From NCBI RefSeq assembly GCF_910579365.1, contig NZ_CAJTUX010000005.1:4800-68799 (forward strand): a DNA stretch of 64,000 nucleotides, in the 5' to 3' direction. Below the pieces are notes generated by a model. It did not search any database, was not told the DNA's origin, and was given only the letters and a program-made list of their open reading frames with translations. The position numbers and the translations under genes were made by a program. Numbering within the stretch: the first letter of the stretch is position 1; the number at the start of each line of letters is the position of its first letter. Below, piece by piece: positions 27,240 to 37,472 of the stretch. This stretch comes from an uncultured Oscillibacter sp. (GTDB taxonomy: Bacteria; Bacillota; Clostridia; Oscillospirales; Oscillospiraceae).

Positions 27240-28369
27240 TCTATCTGGACAACGCCGCCACCACCCGGACCAAGCCTCCCGCCGTGGCCGCCGCCGTGCT
27301 GGAGGCCCTCTCCTCATATGGCAACTGCGGCCGGGGCGGGCACGAGGACGCCCTGTCGGCGGCCCGGACCATCTACGAGACCCGGGAGAAAATCGCCGCC
27401 CTGCTGGGCTGTCCCAGGGCGGACCATGTGTGCTTCACCCAGAACTCCACCCAGGCCCTGAACATTGCCATCTCCGGCCTGCTGGGCCCCGGGGACCACA
27501 TTCTCTCCACGGATTTGGAGCACAATTCTGTCCTGCGGCCCCTGTACCGCCTCCGGGACCAGGGGGCGGCAGTGGATTTCGTTCCCGCGCCGGGGGGACG
27601 GCTGGATTATGACGGCTTTGCCCGTCTTCTGCGGCCGGAGACAAAGGCTGTGGTCTGCACCCACGCCTCCAACCTGACGGGGGACGTGGTGGATATTGAC
27701 TGGGTCGGCCGCTTCGCCCGGGAGCATGGCCTGCTCTTCATCCTGGACGCCTCCCAAACGGCAGGGGTCCTTCCCATTGACATGACCGCTCAGTGCATGG
27801 ACGTGGTGTGCTTCACCGGACACAAGAGCCTCATGGGCCCCCAGGGCACCGGAGGACTGTGCCTCCGGGGGGGACTGGAGGTCCGCCCCTTTGCGGTGGG
27901 CGGCACCGGGGTGCAGAGCTACTCCGAGTCCCAGCCCCTGGACTACCCCACCCGCCTGGAGGCCGGCACCCTCAACGGCCACGGCCTCGCGGGCCTCAGC
28001 GCCGCCCTGGACTTCCTGAACGAAACCGGCCCGGACACCATCCACGCCCGCGAGGACGCCCTGGCCCGCCGGTTTTACGAGGCGGTCAAGGACCTGACAA
28101 CGGTCTACGGCGACTTTTCCGCCCCCCTCCGGGCTCCTATCGTGACGCTGAACATCGCCGGCTGTGACTCCGCCGAGGTCTCTGACGAGCTGGCGGAGCG
28201 CTTTGAAATCGCCACCCGCCCCGGCGCTCACTGCGCCCCCCGGCTCCACCACGCTCTGGGGACAGAGGACCAGGGGGCCGTCCGGTTCTCCTGGTCGTAC
28301 TTCAACACGGAGGCGGAAACCGACGCGGCGGCGGAGGCGGTCCGCGTTCTGGCCCGGGAGGCCCGGTAG
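27236..28369 (+). CDS. Cysteine desulfurase / selenocysteine lyase-family PLP enzyme
   Basis: IYLDNAATT, EHNSV, DASQTAG, TGHK, RPGAHCAP. Confidence 0.9.
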   Translation: MIYLDNAATTRTKPPAVAAAVLEALSSYGNCGRGGHEDALSAARTIYETREKIAALLGCPRADHVCFTQNSTQALNIAISGLLGPGDHILSTDLEHNSVLRPLYRLRDQGAAVDFVPAPGGRLDYDGFARLLRPETKAVVCTHASNLTGDVVDIDWVGRFAREHGLLFILDASQTAGVLPIDMTAQCMDVVCFTGHKSLMGPQGTGGLCLRGGLEVRPFAVGGTGVQSYSESQPLDYPTRLEAGTLNGHGLAGLSAALDFLNETGPDTIHAREDALARRFYEAVKDLTTVYGDFSAPLRAPIVTLNIAGCDSAEVSDELAERFEIATRPGAHCAPRLHHALGTEDQGAVRFSWSYFNTEAETDAAAEAVRVLAREAR

Positions 28370-28371
28370 AG

Positions 28372-28608
28372 ATGCGGGAACGGTCGGAAAAATGCGTGGT
28401 GACCTTCCTCACCACCGCCGGGGCCATGGCCATGGAGGCCGCCTGCCAGACGTCCGGTCTGCCGGGACGGCTGATCCCCGTGCCCCGGAGCGTCACCGCC
28501 GGCTGCGGGCTGTGCTGGGCCGCGCCGCCGGAGGCCCGGGAGGACCTGGAGGAGCTGGTGATGAAAAAACACTTGGATGTGGACGGAATTTATGCTATTA
28601 TCCTCTGA
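28372..28608 (+). CDS. DUF3343-like putative S/Se carrier
   Basis: LIPVPRSVTAGCGL motif; follows desulfurase. Confidence 0.8.
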   Translation: MRERSEKCVVTFLTTAGAMAMEAACQTSGLPGRLIPVPRSVTAGCGLCWAAPPEAREDLEELVMKKHLDVDGIYAIIL

Positions 28609-28621
28609 GAGGTGATGCTGT

Positions 28622-28795
28622 TTGTCCAACATCTGCGAGGACTGCGTCTGCTATGACTACGACGGGGAACTGGAGGCCTTCATCTGCACCATGGACCTGG
28701 ACGAGGACGAGATGGAGCGCTTTTTGAAGGGGACCAATACCGCCTGTCCCTTCTACCGCCCCGGAGGCGACTACAAAACCGCCGCGAAACAGTGA
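28622..28795 (+). CDS. Small Cys-rich protein (57 aa, DUF6472-like)
   Basis: Below ORF-track cutoff; GAGGTG RBS, TTG start: MSNICEDCVCYDYDGELEAFICTMDLDEDEMERFLKGTNTACPFYRPGGDYKTAAKQ. Confidence 0.8.
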   Translation: MSNICEDCVCYDYDGELEAFICTMDLDEDEMERFLKGTNTACPFYRPGGDYKTAAKQ

Positions 28796-28806
28796 GGGAG
28801 GACCTT

Positions 28807-29325
28807 ATGGAACTGGTAGACCTATACGACGAAAACCGCCTCCCCCTGGGGAAAACCGGGGAGCGAAGCGCCGGGCGGGCCCCCGGCGAGTACCGGACGG
28901 TGGTCCATGTCTGCGTTTTTGACCGCCGGGGACGGCTGCTGATTCAACAGCGGACCCCGGAAAAATTCATCTGGCCGAACCTCTGGGACCTGTCCGTAGG
29001 CGGCGGCGTGGACGCGGGAGAGACCAGCCGCCAGGGAGCGGAGCGGGAGTTTCGGGAGGAGCTGGGCTGGCCCCTGGACCTCGGCGGTCTCCGCCCCTCG
29101 GTGACGGTGAACTTTGACGGCGGCTTCGACGACTTCTTCCTCGTTCAAATGGACCTGGCCCTGGAGGACCTGACCCTGCAAAAGGAGGAAGTCCGGGCCG
29201 TCCGCTGGGCCGCTCTGGACGAAATCCTGGACATGCTGGCGGAGGGGACCTTCATCCCCTACCCGGAGAGTTTTCTGCGCTTCCTGTTCGACATGCGGGA
29301 CCAGTTCGGCTTTCCCACAAAATAG
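28807..29325 (+). CDS. NUDIX hydrolase
   Basis: Nudix box GGVDAGETSRQGAEREFREELG. Confidence 0.9.
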   Translation: MELVDLYDENRLPLGKTGERSAGRAPGEYRTVVHVCVFDRRGRLLIQQRTPEKFIWPNLWDLSVGGGVDAGETSRQGAEREFREELGWPLDLGGLRPSVTVNFDGGFDDFFLVQMDLALEDLTLQKEEVRAVRWAALDEILDMLAEGTFIPYPESFLRFLFDMRDQFGFPTK

Positions 29326-29330
29326 CGGCA

Positions 29331-29361
29331 AAAAACCGGAAGGACCATCCTTCCGGTTTTT
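29331..29361. terminator. Bidirectional terminator
   Basis: AAAAACCGGAAGGA-CCA-TCCTTCCGGTTTTT. Confidence 0.8.
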
Positions 29362-29413
29362 CTCAATTTTAAAAAATTCTGATTCCAAGCCACCGGCGCT
29401 CTGGTCTTTTCAT

Positions 29414-29803
29414 CTACTCGCCGTCCAGTCCGTACTCCGCCCGCCAGGCGGCCAGCTCCGCCTCGTCCTTGTCGTCCAGGGCGTGGAGACCGCTGCGGCT
29501 TTCCATATGGTGGGTCAGCTCATGGGAGAGGGTCTGGCGAAGCTCCGTCCGCCAATCCTCCTCCGTCCAGTCCTCCCGCTCCGCCAGGGCGGCGAAGGAG
29601 CCGTAATAGAGGTTGATATACCGGCCCAGCAGGTCCTCGCGGTACTCCCCCAGGACGTACATCTCCCCCGCCGGGAATTCCGGGTCCGGCACGGCGTCCT
29701 CCAGCAGGTTCACGCCGCCGTTGAGCCCGTCGAACAGGGCCTCCGGGAAGGGCTCCGCCAGTTCGTCCAGCAGCTCCCCCGCCTGATCAAAGCTCAGGCG
29801 CAT
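29414..29803 (-). CDS. Zincin-like metallopeptidase family protein
   Basis: HELTHH (HExxH), [13 protein letters not shown]. Confidence 0.82.
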   Translation of the reverse strand: MRLSFDQAGELLDELAEPFPEALFDGLNGGVNLLEDAVPDPEFPAGEMYVLGEYREDLLGRYINLYYGSFAALAEREDWTEEDWRTELRQTLSHELTHHMESRSGLHALDDKDEAELAAWRAEYGLDGE

Positions 29804-30456
29804 GGGCCCTCCAGAATGACGCTCTCCAGCTCCTCCATGGTATCCGCCAGCCGGTCCGCCCCGGCCTCCTCCAGGGAAGAACGGGGCCGGAAGCCCCAGG
29901 TGACGCCGCAGGCCTTCAATCCCGCGTTGTGGCCTGTCTGGATGTCCACGCTGCTGTCCCCCACGAAGAGGGTGCTTTCCGGCTTGGCGTCCAGCTCCTT
30001 CATGATGCTGTGAATTCCCGCCGGGTCGGGCTTTACGGGCACGCCGTCCACCTTTCCCCGGACCAGCCGGAAAAAGCCCGGCAGATAATGCTCCACGATC
30101 TCCCGGCTGAAGCTGTCGGCCTTGTTGGAGTACACCGCCATCTGCACCCCGGCGGCCTTCAGACGCTCCAGCAGCTCCGGAATGCCGGGATACGGGGCGG
30201 TGGCGTCCATGTTGTGCTCACCGTAGTACTCGCTGAACTGGGAGAGGGTGTTCATCAAAATCAGAGGGCTTCGGCAGCCCTCGGGAGAGAACTTGGAAAC
30301 CAGATTGGGAATGCCGTGGCCCACCATGGCCTTGAACCGCTCCACCGAGTGCTCCGGCCAGCCGTTGCGGCGGCAGACCCAGTTCCCGGCGGCGGCCAGG
30401 TCCTCGATGGTGTCCAGCAGGGTTCCGTCCAGGTCAAAAATCACGGTATGATACAT
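29794..30456 (-). CDS. HAD-family hydrolase (phosphoglycolate phosphatase-like)
   Basis: FDLDGTL, SNK, KPDP, VGDSSVD. Confidence 0.9.
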   Translation of the reverse strand: MYHTVIFDLDGTLLDTIEDLAAAGNWVCRRNGWPEHSVERFKAMVGHGIPNLVSKFSPEGCRSPLILMNTLSQFSEYYGEHNMDATAPYPGIPELLERLKAAGVQMAVYSNKADSFSREIVEHYLPGFFRLVRGKVDGVPVKPDPAGIHSIMKELDAKPESTLFVGDSSVDIQTGHNAGLKACGVTWGFRPRSSLEEAGADRLADTMEELESVILEGPCA

Positions 30457-30732
30457 ATGACACCTCATAATCAGTTATCGGAATGGTGAAGGAAACTTGG
30501 AATATCCGCCGGTTCCTCAGCTATAGATATTCTAACAAGCCCCCTCCCCCTTTGCAAGTGACGAAGGGACTGAAAGCCGGGGGCGGCGGCGGCGGCTTTT
30601 TTAGCGTATCTGGCAAAAAGGAGCGGGAAAGGGAACCTCCGACCCTTGACTTTTCCCTCCAAAGCGTGGATAATGGCAATGTCTTACACCAAACCCGCCG
30701 GGACCCATCCGGCTTGACTCGGAGGTTTTTCT

Positions 30733-32217
30733 ATGGCTCCTGACAGCCGCTTTTTCCAGGACATGGAGGACCGCATCCCCAAGGGGACGGTCCGCACCCG
30801 CTTCGCCCCCTCCCCCACGGGCTACATGCACGTGGGCAATCTCCGCACCGCCCTGTACACCTGGCTCATCGCCCGGCACCACCACGGCACCTTCATCCTC
30901 CGCATCGAGGATACGGACCAGGGCCGTCTGGTGGAGGGCGCCACGGACGTCATCTACCGCACCATGGCCGAGTGCGGCCTGACCCACGACGAGGGCCCCG
31001 ACGTGGGCGGTCCCACGGGACCCTACATCCAGTCGGAGCGCCGGGACCTGTACGGCAAATATGCCAAGCTCCTGGTGGAGAAGGGCGCGGCCTACTACTG
31101 CTTCTGCGAGAAGACCGAGTCCGAGGAGGACAGCGGCGGCTTCGACCGGGCCGCCGACCCCTGCCGTGACCTCTCCCAGGAGGAAATCGACGCCAATCTG
31201 ATGGCGGGAATGCCCTACGTCATCCGCCAGCGCATCCCGCAGGAGGGGACCACCACCTTCCACGACGTCTCCTTTGGGGACATCACCGTGGAAAACAAGA
31301 CCCTGGACGATCAGGTCCTTTTGAAGCGGGACGGCCTGCCCACCTATAACTTCGCCAACGTGGTGGACGACCATCTCATGGGCATTACCCACGTGGTCCG
31401 GGGCAGCGAATACCTCTCCTCCGCCCCGAAGTACAATCTGCTGTATGAGGCCTTCGGCTGGGACATTCCCACCTACGTACACTGCTCCCCCGTCATGCGG
31501 GACCAGCACAACAAGATGAGCAAACGCCATGGGGACCCCTCCTACGAGGACCTGATCCAGCAGGGCTATCTGACCTCCGCCGTGCTGAACTACGTGGCGC
31601 TGCTGGGCTGGGCCCCCAAGGGCGAGCGGAGCGAGCAGGAGGTCTTTTCCCTGAAGGAGCTGGTGGACGCCTTCGACATCGCCGGCATCTCCAAGTCTCC
31701 CGCCATCTTCGACATGGAGAAGCTGACCCATTTCAACGCCCTGTACCTCCGCGCCATGACGCCGGAGGACTTCGCCAAAACCGCGGAGCCCTATATCCGG
31801 CAGACCGTGAAAAACCCCTCCGTCGACGCGGCGGCGGTGGCCGCCCTTCTCCAGGCCCGGTGCGAAAAGCTGACGGACATTCCGGAGAAGGTGGACTTCT
31901 TCGACGCTCTGCCGGACTATGACGCCGCCCTCTTCACCAACAAGAAGTCCAAGACCGACGGCGAGGTTTCCAAGCGCATGCTGGAGGCCGCCGTCCCCGT
32001 CCTGGAGGCCCTGCCGGACTGGACCCAGGACGCCGTTCACGACTGCCTCATCGCCCTGGCGGAGCAGCTTGGCGTCAAGAACGCCACGCTGATGTGGCCC
32101 GTCCGCATCGCCGCGGCGGGCAAGCAGGTGACCCCCGGCGGCGCGGTGGAAATCTGTCACATCCTGGGCAGGGAGGAAACCCTCCGCCGCCTGCGCCTGG
32201 GCCTTGCGAAGCTGTAA
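30733..32217 (+). CDS. gltX: Glutamate--tRNA ligase
   Basis: RTRFAPSPTGYMHVGN, RIEDTD, KMSKR. Confidence 0.97.
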   Translation: MAPDSRFFQDMEDRIPKGTVRTRFAPSPTGYMHVGNLRTALYTWLIARHHHGTFILRIEDTDQGRLVEGATDVIYRTMAECGLTHDEGPDVGGPTGPYIQSERRDLYGKYAKLLVEKGAAYYCFCEKTESEEDSGGFDRAADPCRDLSQEEIDANLMAGMPYVIRQRIPQEGTTTFHDVSFGDITVENKTLDDQVLLKRDGLPTYNFANVVDDHLMGITHVVRGSEYLSSAPKYNLLYEAFGWDIPTYVHCSPVMRDQHNKMSKRHGDPSYEDLIQQGYLTSAVLNYVALLGWAPKGERSEQEVFSLKELVDAFDIAGISKSPAIFDMEKLTHFNALYLRAMTPEDFAKTAEPYIRQTVKNPSVDAAAVAALLQARCEKLTDIPEKVDFFDALPDYDAALFTNKKSKTDGEVSKRMLEAAVPVLEALPDWTQDAVHDCLIALAEQLGVKNATLMWPVRIAAAGKQVTPGGAVEICHILGREETLRRLRLGLAKL

Positions 32218-32265
32218 TCTCCGCCCCCATATTTTTCAAATTAAATAAAGGACTGGTTTTATCTC

Positions 32266-33273
32266 ATGAGCAAACTCACCATCCCCGCCGGCTACAAAAT
32301 GCCTCTGAGCAACAACGAACTCCAGCGAGCCATTGAACTTATTCACGAGGATTTTCAGCGCAGCCTCACCCTTCGTTTGAACCTCCACCGGGTCTCCGCC
32401 CCCCTGTTTGTGGACGGCCGCACCGGCCTGAACGACGACCTCAACGGCGTGGAGCGCCCCGTCGCCTTCGAAATCCCTGACGTGGGCACCGAGGGGCAGG
32501 TGGTTCACTCCCTGGCCAAGTGGAAGCGCTTGGCCCTGAAGCGCTACGAGTTCCCCGAGGGCTGCGGCCTCTACACCGATATGAACGCCATCCGCCGGGA
32601 TGAGGTTGTGGACAATCTCCACTCCATCTATGTAGACCAGTGGGACTGGGAGAAACACATCGGCCAAAAAGACCGAACCCTCCAGTACCTGAAGGACACC
32701 GTGCTGAACATCGTAAGCGCCCTGTGCGACACCGCCTCCGTCCTGCGGAACCACTTCCCTGTCCTCACCTTCCGGCCGGAGCGGGACGTGTGCTTTCTCA
32801 CCACCCAGGAGCTGGAGGACCGCTATCCGAACCTGAACCCGGCGGAACGGGAGACGGAAATCTGCCGGGAGCACCAGACGGTATTCCTGATGCAGATCGG
32901 CAAAACCCTGAAATCCGGAACCCGCCACGACGGCCGGGCCCCGGACTATGACGACTGGGAGCTCAATGGGGACATCCTCATGTGGAACCCGGTGCTGGAG
33001 CGCTCCTTCGAGGTTTCCTCCATGGGCATCCGGGTGGACGCGGAGGCTCTGGACCGCCAGCTCACCGCCGCCGGATGCGACGAACGGCGGAAGCTGCCCT
33101 TCCATCAAATGCTGCTCAACGGCGAACTGCCACAGTCCATCGGCGGCGGCATCGGACAGTCCCGGGTGTGCATGCTGCTGCTGGGGGCCTGCCACATCGG
33201 CGAGGTCCAGGCCAGCCTCTGGGACAAGGAGACCCTCGAGGACTGCGAGAAGGCGGGCATTACCTTGCTGTAA
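32266..33273 (+). CDS. asnA: Aspartate--ammonia ligase
   Basis: NDDLNGVERPV, HSLAKWKR, DQWDWE, RAPDYDDW, IGGGIGQSR. Confidence 0.96.
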   Translation: MSKLTIPAGYKMPLSNNELQRAIELIHEDFQRSLTLRLNLHRVSAPLFVDGRTGLNDDLNGVERPVAFEIPDVGTEGQVVHSLAKWKRLALKRYEFPEGCGLYTDMNAIRRDEVVDNLHSIYVDQWDWEKHIGQKDRTLQYLKDTVLNIVSALCDTASVLRNHFPVLTFRPERDVCFLTTQELEDRYPNLNPAERETEICREHQTVFLMQIGKTLKSGTRHDGRAPDYDDWELNGDILMWNPVLERSFEVSSMGIRVDAEALDRQLTAAGCDERRKLPFHQMLLNGELPQSIGGGIGQSRVCMLLLGACHIGEVQASLWDKETLEDCEKAGITLL

Positions 33274-33381
33274 CGCACTTTTCTTGAAAGAAAAGTACGC
33301 AAAAGAACTTCGGCGCGCTCTGGCGGTCCGGGGGTATCCGGGCTGGAGCGGCGGCAGCGCCGTCTCGGCTTGAAGATGGAG

Positions 33382-33427
33382 AAGGACCGGCGGGGATGTT
33401 TCCTCGCCGGTCCTTCCGCTCTTTTTC
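33382..33427. terminator. Terminator between asnA and anti-sigma gene
   Basis: GAAGGACCGGCGGGGA...TCCTCGCCGGTCCTTC then T-rich tail. Confidence 0.7.
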
Positions 33428-33435
33428 AGGGGTGC

Positions 33436-34356
33436 TCACTCGACCGCGAGAGCGGGCGCGTCCTCCTTGGGCCGGATGATCACCGTTTCGTTCCCGTCCG
33501 CATCTACGCTTCTCTCCGTCTCGAACTCCTCCGTTTCTGCCGCCGTCCGTTCATTGCTCCAGCCGTTCAAGCCGGTGGATTCCACGAAGGCGTCCGCCGC
33601 CGCCGGGTCTGCCTTGGCGGGGTCCAGAGGCAGGGTGAAGAGGGCATGGACGCCGGTGAAGTCCTCACAGAAGGCGATGGTCCCGTCCTCCGCCATGGTG
33701 AACGTGTTATTGTCCGGGACGAAGCCCTCGTAGAAGGCCATGTAAACCGTGCGGTCCGCGAACATCTCAATGCTGGCGGTATCCAACAGAAAATAATATA
33801 CGTTGTCCTTGGCGAAGCCCTGGGCAAAGGCATCCAGGGTCCAGTTGTTCACCGCCCGAGGGGAGTAGCCCTCCACCAGAGGGGTCATCGTGAAGCTGCT
33901 GAAATCGAAATCCCAGTTTTCCAAAAGGGCGCCGTCCAGCCGCCGGAGAGCCAGGACGGAATACGTGTGGTCTTGTTCCAGGTCCTGATTCAAAACGTCC
34001 AGGTTCCTCCCGGAGACCAGACCCAGCAGGGTGATGGAGTAGCCCCCGTTCTCCACGGTTTCGTTGAGCAAAAGCGCGTCCTTGCCGCTGAACGCCTCCG
34101 CCAGCAGGGGCTGGTCGTACTCCTCCGCCACCTGGGCGGGGGTCAGCCAGGCGAAGGCGGCGGAGACGGACACCACCAGTAAGGCGATGCAGGCCGCAAT
34201 GAGTACAGCCATTTTTTTTGTCTTGTTGAACGTCATGTCGGTACACTCCTTTTCCAATTCTCGGGCACGTTTTTGCAGCAGGTCCGCCGTCCGCTCCTGA
34301 AAATCCGCGGAAAAGGAGAGTTCGTCGAAGGCTTTGCGATAGTCTTCCCGGTTCAT
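33436..34356 (-). CDS. Putative membrane anti-sigma factor
   Basis: Overlaps ECF sigma stop (ATGA); short cytoplasmic N-terminus, single TM, acidic extracellular domain. Confidence 0.72.
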   Translation of the reverse strand: MNREDYRKAFDELSFSADFQERTADLLQKRARELEKECTDMTFNKTKKMAVLIAACIALLVVSVSAAFAWLTPAQVAEEYDQPLLAEAFSGKDALLLNETVENGGYSITLLGLVSGRNLDVLNQDLEQDHTYSVLALRRLDGALLENWDFDFSSFTMTPLVEGYSPRAVNNWTLDAFAQGFAKDNVYYFLLDTASIEMFADRTVYMAFYEGFVPDNNTFTMAEDGTIAFCEDFTGVHALFTLPLDPAKADPAAADAFVESTGLNGWSNERTAAETEEFETERSVDADGNETVIIRPKEDAPALAVE

Positions 34357-34844
34357 ACTGCGTCCTCCCTCAGCATCTGCCGCAGCCGCTCCCGGCCGCG
34401 GGCCAGGCGGGTGCCCACCGTGGCGGCGGGCAGGCCCAGCAGTTTGGCAATTTCTCGGATGGAATATCCCTCGTAGTAATGGAGGTGAATCACGGCCCCG
34501 TATTTTTCCGGCAGGGTCCGGACGGCGGAGCGGAGCTCTTCACCGGCGCTCTCCGGGGCTGCAGGTTCCGTAACATCCTCCAGAGGGATGTTTCGCTGTT
34601 CCGCTTTTCGGCGGATGTCGCTTGCGCGCTGAAGGGTGGTTCGGATCAGCCAGGCCTTCTCGTGCTCCCCGTCCCGAAAGGCGGGCCGGGCAGTAAGCAG
34701 GCGCAAAAACGCCTCCTGCACGGCGTCCTCCGCGTCGGCGGCGGAGCTCAGGCGGGTACAGGCCAGCCGCAGCAGCATGGGACTGTACTCCGCCACAATC
34801 CGGCATATGGTTTCATCGGTACCAAATGGAACCACGGTCCTCAA
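34353..34844 (-). CDS. ECF RNA polymerase sigma factor
   Basis: DAEDAVQEAF, KAWLIR (region 2); YYEGYSIREIA...TVGTRLARGR (region 4). Confidence 0.93.
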   Translation of the reverse strand: MRTVVPFGTDETICRIVAEYSPMLLRLACTRLSSAADAEDAVQEAFLRLLTARPAFRDGEHEKAWLIRTTLQRASDIRRKAEQRNIPLEDVTEPAAPESAGEELRSAVRTLPEKYGAVIHLHYYEGYSIREIAKLLGLPAATVGTRLARGRERLRQMLREDAV

Positions 34845-35094
34845 CTCCCTTCACTACCAACACGTCCGGAAGCCGGGAAATTTTTCACTCCCCCCGAAAA
34901 ATTTCATCCGGCGTCCTGGGGAAACCTTCCGCGTCTTCTCCCCTTACAATTTGCAGTTCTGCCGCAAAGCGCCCTTCCGGCAAAGACTTTGTAATTTTTG
35001 ACAAAAACCGAAAAAACCTATGACAAATCTGTGGGTGTGTTGTATAATGGACTTGTATTCTACAGTCGCCAAACCGGCGAGGAAGGAGTTCCCG

Positions 35095-37224
35095 GTGGAA
35101 AGACAAGACAAAACTGCGGTCCGCGAGACTATTTTGGAGGCGGACGCCCCCGCAGTGGCGCTGCCCCGCACCATCCATCTGGTCCCCATGGACCGCCTGA
35201 ACGGCTTCGACGTGCGTCCGGGCTTTTACGAGATCAACGGCGCCACCGCCATTCCCGGCGGCGTCAATTTCACGGTTCACTCCCACGGAGCCACGTCCAT
35301 TGAGCTTCTGCTCTTCCGGCGGGAGGAGACGGAGCCCTACGCCATTCTCCCCTTCCCGGAGCGCTACCGCATCGGCAACGTATACTCCATGATTGTGTTC
35401 AAGCTGAACATTGAGGAATTCGAGTATGCCTATCGGGTGGACGGGCCCAGGAACGTGGAAAAGGGCCTGATCTTCGACAAGACGAAATACCTGCTGGACC
35501 CCTATGCCCGGGCGGTTACGGGACAGAGCCAGTGGGGCGTGAAGTCCTCCATGGATCAGCACTACAAGGCCCGGGTCGTGAAGGACGATTTTGATTGGGG
35601 CAATCTCACCCGGCCCCTGATTCCCATGGAGGATCTGGTGATCTACGAGCTCCATGTCCGGGGCTTCACCATTCACGAGTCTTCCGCCGTGGCCGCCCCC
35701 GGCACTTTCGAGGGTCTGCGGGAAAAGATTCCCTACTTAAAGGAGCTGGGCGTCAACGCCATTGAGCTTATGCCCATCTTCGAGTTTGACGAGATGCAGG
35801 ACGCCCGGCAGGTGGACGGGGTACAGCTTTACAACTACTGGGGCTACAACACCGTCAGCTTCTTCGCCCCCAACACCAGCTACGCCTCCGGTACCGAGTA
35901 CAACCGGGAAGGCAACGAGCTCAAGCGGCTGATCCAGGCCTGCAACGAAAACGGCATCGAGGTCTATCTGGACGTGGTCTTCAACCACACGGCGGAGGGC
36001 AACGAGGACGGTCCCTTCTTCTCCTTCAAGGGCTTTGACAACAACATTTACTATCTCCTCACCCCCAACGGGCAGTACTATAATTTCAGCGGCTGCGGCA
36101 ACACCCTGAACTGCAACCACCCCATCGTCCATCAGATGATCATCGACTGCCTGCGCTATTGGGTCACCACCTATCACATCAGCGGCTTCCGCTTCGACCT
36201 GGCCTCCATCCTGGGCCGGAACGAGGACGGCAGTCCCATGCACAAGCCCCCCCTGCTCCAGGCCATGGCCTTCGACCCCATCCTGGGAGACGTGAAGCTC
36301 ATCGCCGAGGCCTGGGACGCCGGAGGCCTCTACCAGGTGGGAAGCTTCCCCGCATGGAACCGCTGGGCGGAGTGGAACGGCCGCTATCGGGACGATATGC
36401 GCCGCTATTTGAAAGGCGACGCGGCCTGCGCCCAGGCCGCCGCTCTGCGGATGGTGGGTTCCCGGGACATCTACCAGTCCGGGGACCGGAAAAACGCCTC
36501 GGTAAACTTCATCACCTGCCACGACGGATTTACCCTCTGGGACCTCTTCAGCTACAACGTCAAGCACAACGAGAAAAACGGCTGGGGCGGCACCGATGGC
36601 GCCAACGACAACAACAGCTGGAACTGCGGCATCGAGGGCGAAACCGACCTTCCGGAGATCAACACCCTCCGCCGGCGAATGGTCCGCAACGCCTTCGCCC
36701 TTCTGATGTGCAGCCGGGGCATTCCCATGTTCCTGGCGGGAGACGAGTTCTGCAACACCCAGTTCGGCAACAACAACGCCTACTGTCAGGACAATCTCAC
36801 CAGCTGGCTGGATTGGCGGCTGCTGGAAAAAAACCGGGACATGTTCCGCTTCTTCCAGTTCATGATTGCCCTGCGCAAACGCTTCCGCATCCTGCGGGCC
36901 AACCTCTCCGACGGATACTACGGCTTTCCCGACGTCAGTTTCCACGGCGTCACCCCCTGGCACAGCCAGTTCCAGGACCATGAGCGCTACGTGGGTGTCC
37001 TCTTCGCCGGACAGGCCCCGGGGGAAGCGCCCCAGATCGTCTACACCGCCTCCAACGCCTATTGGAAACCCCTGGAGGCAGAGCTTCCGGACCTGCCGCC
37101 CAACATGTGCTGGGAGCAGCTGGCGGACACCTGGGAGGCGGAGCAGAAATCCCTGGATATCCCCGACGGCCGCTTCTCCATCGGTCCCCGGAGCGTGAAG
37201 GTCTTCGCCGCCCGGCCTCGGTAA
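35095..37224 (+). CDS. glgX: Glycogen debranching enzyme (GH13 isoamylase-type)
   Basis: YELHVRGFT, NYWGY, DVVFNH, GFRFDLA, IAEAWD, CHDGF; GTG start after AAGGAG. Confidence 0.94.
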   Translation: MERQDKTAVRETILEADAPAVALPRTIHLVPMDRLNGFDVRPGFYEINGATAIPGGVNFTVHSHGATSIELLLFRREETEPYAILPFPERYRIGNVYSMIVFKLNIEEFEYAYRVDGPRNVEKGLIFDKTKYLLDPYARAVTGQSQWGVKSSMDQHYKARVVKDDFDWGNLTRPLIPMEDLVIYELHVRGFTIHESSAVAAPGTFEGLREKIPYLKELGVNAIELMPIFEFDEMQDARQVDGVQLYNYWGYNTVSFFAPNTSYASGTEYNREGNELKRLIQACNENGIEVYLDVVFNHTAEGNEDGPFFSFKGFDNNIYYLLTPNGQYYNFSGCGNTLNCNHPIVHQMIIDCLRYWVTTYHISGFRFDLASILGRNEDGSPMHKPPLLQAMAFDPILGDVKLIAEAWDAGGLYQVGSFPAWNRWAEWNGRYRDDMRRYLKGDAACAQAAALRMVGSRDIYQSGDRKNASVNFITCHDGFTLWDLFSYNVKHNEKNGWGGTDGANDNNSWNCGIEGETDLPEINTLRRRMVRNAFALLMCSRGIPMFLAGDEFCNTQFGNNNAYCQDNLTSWLDWRLLEKNRDMFRFFQFMIALRKRFRILRANLSDGYYGFPDVSFHGVTPWHSQFQDHERYVGVLFAGQAPGEAPQIVYTASNAYWKPLEAELPDLPPNMCWEQLADTWEAEQKSLDIPDGRFSIGPRSVKVFAARPR

Positions 37225-37404
37225 GAGCGCCATGTCTGTGCCGGAACTCCTGCTGCCCGCCGCGTTTCTCCTGGAAACGACCAGATCCTCCAGACTTGGC
37301 GAGAGGGAGGCCCGGCGGAATTCCCAGCCATCCTCCTCCCGAAGTCCGGGGCTGCCGGCGGGCGGATAGGCCTCTTTCTGCGGTTCCATAATCTTCCGGC
37401 AGAG

Positions 37405-37449
37405 GCAACCGGCGGTTGCTTGACGGTTCGTCTCCCGGCGTGGTAAACT
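37405..37449 (+). promoter_or_regulatory. Palindromic operator abutting promoter of XRE regulator
   Basis: GCAACC-GGC-GGTTGC immediately before TTGACG-18-TAAACT. Confidence 0.6.
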
Positions 37450-37472
37450 AACGGCACAAAGGAGGCGGACCC

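Noticed and set aside
26622..28608. Selenocysteine (UGA) recoding in the yedF cluster
   Set aside because: Active-site positions are Cys codons, and the TGA stops coincide with normal gene ends.
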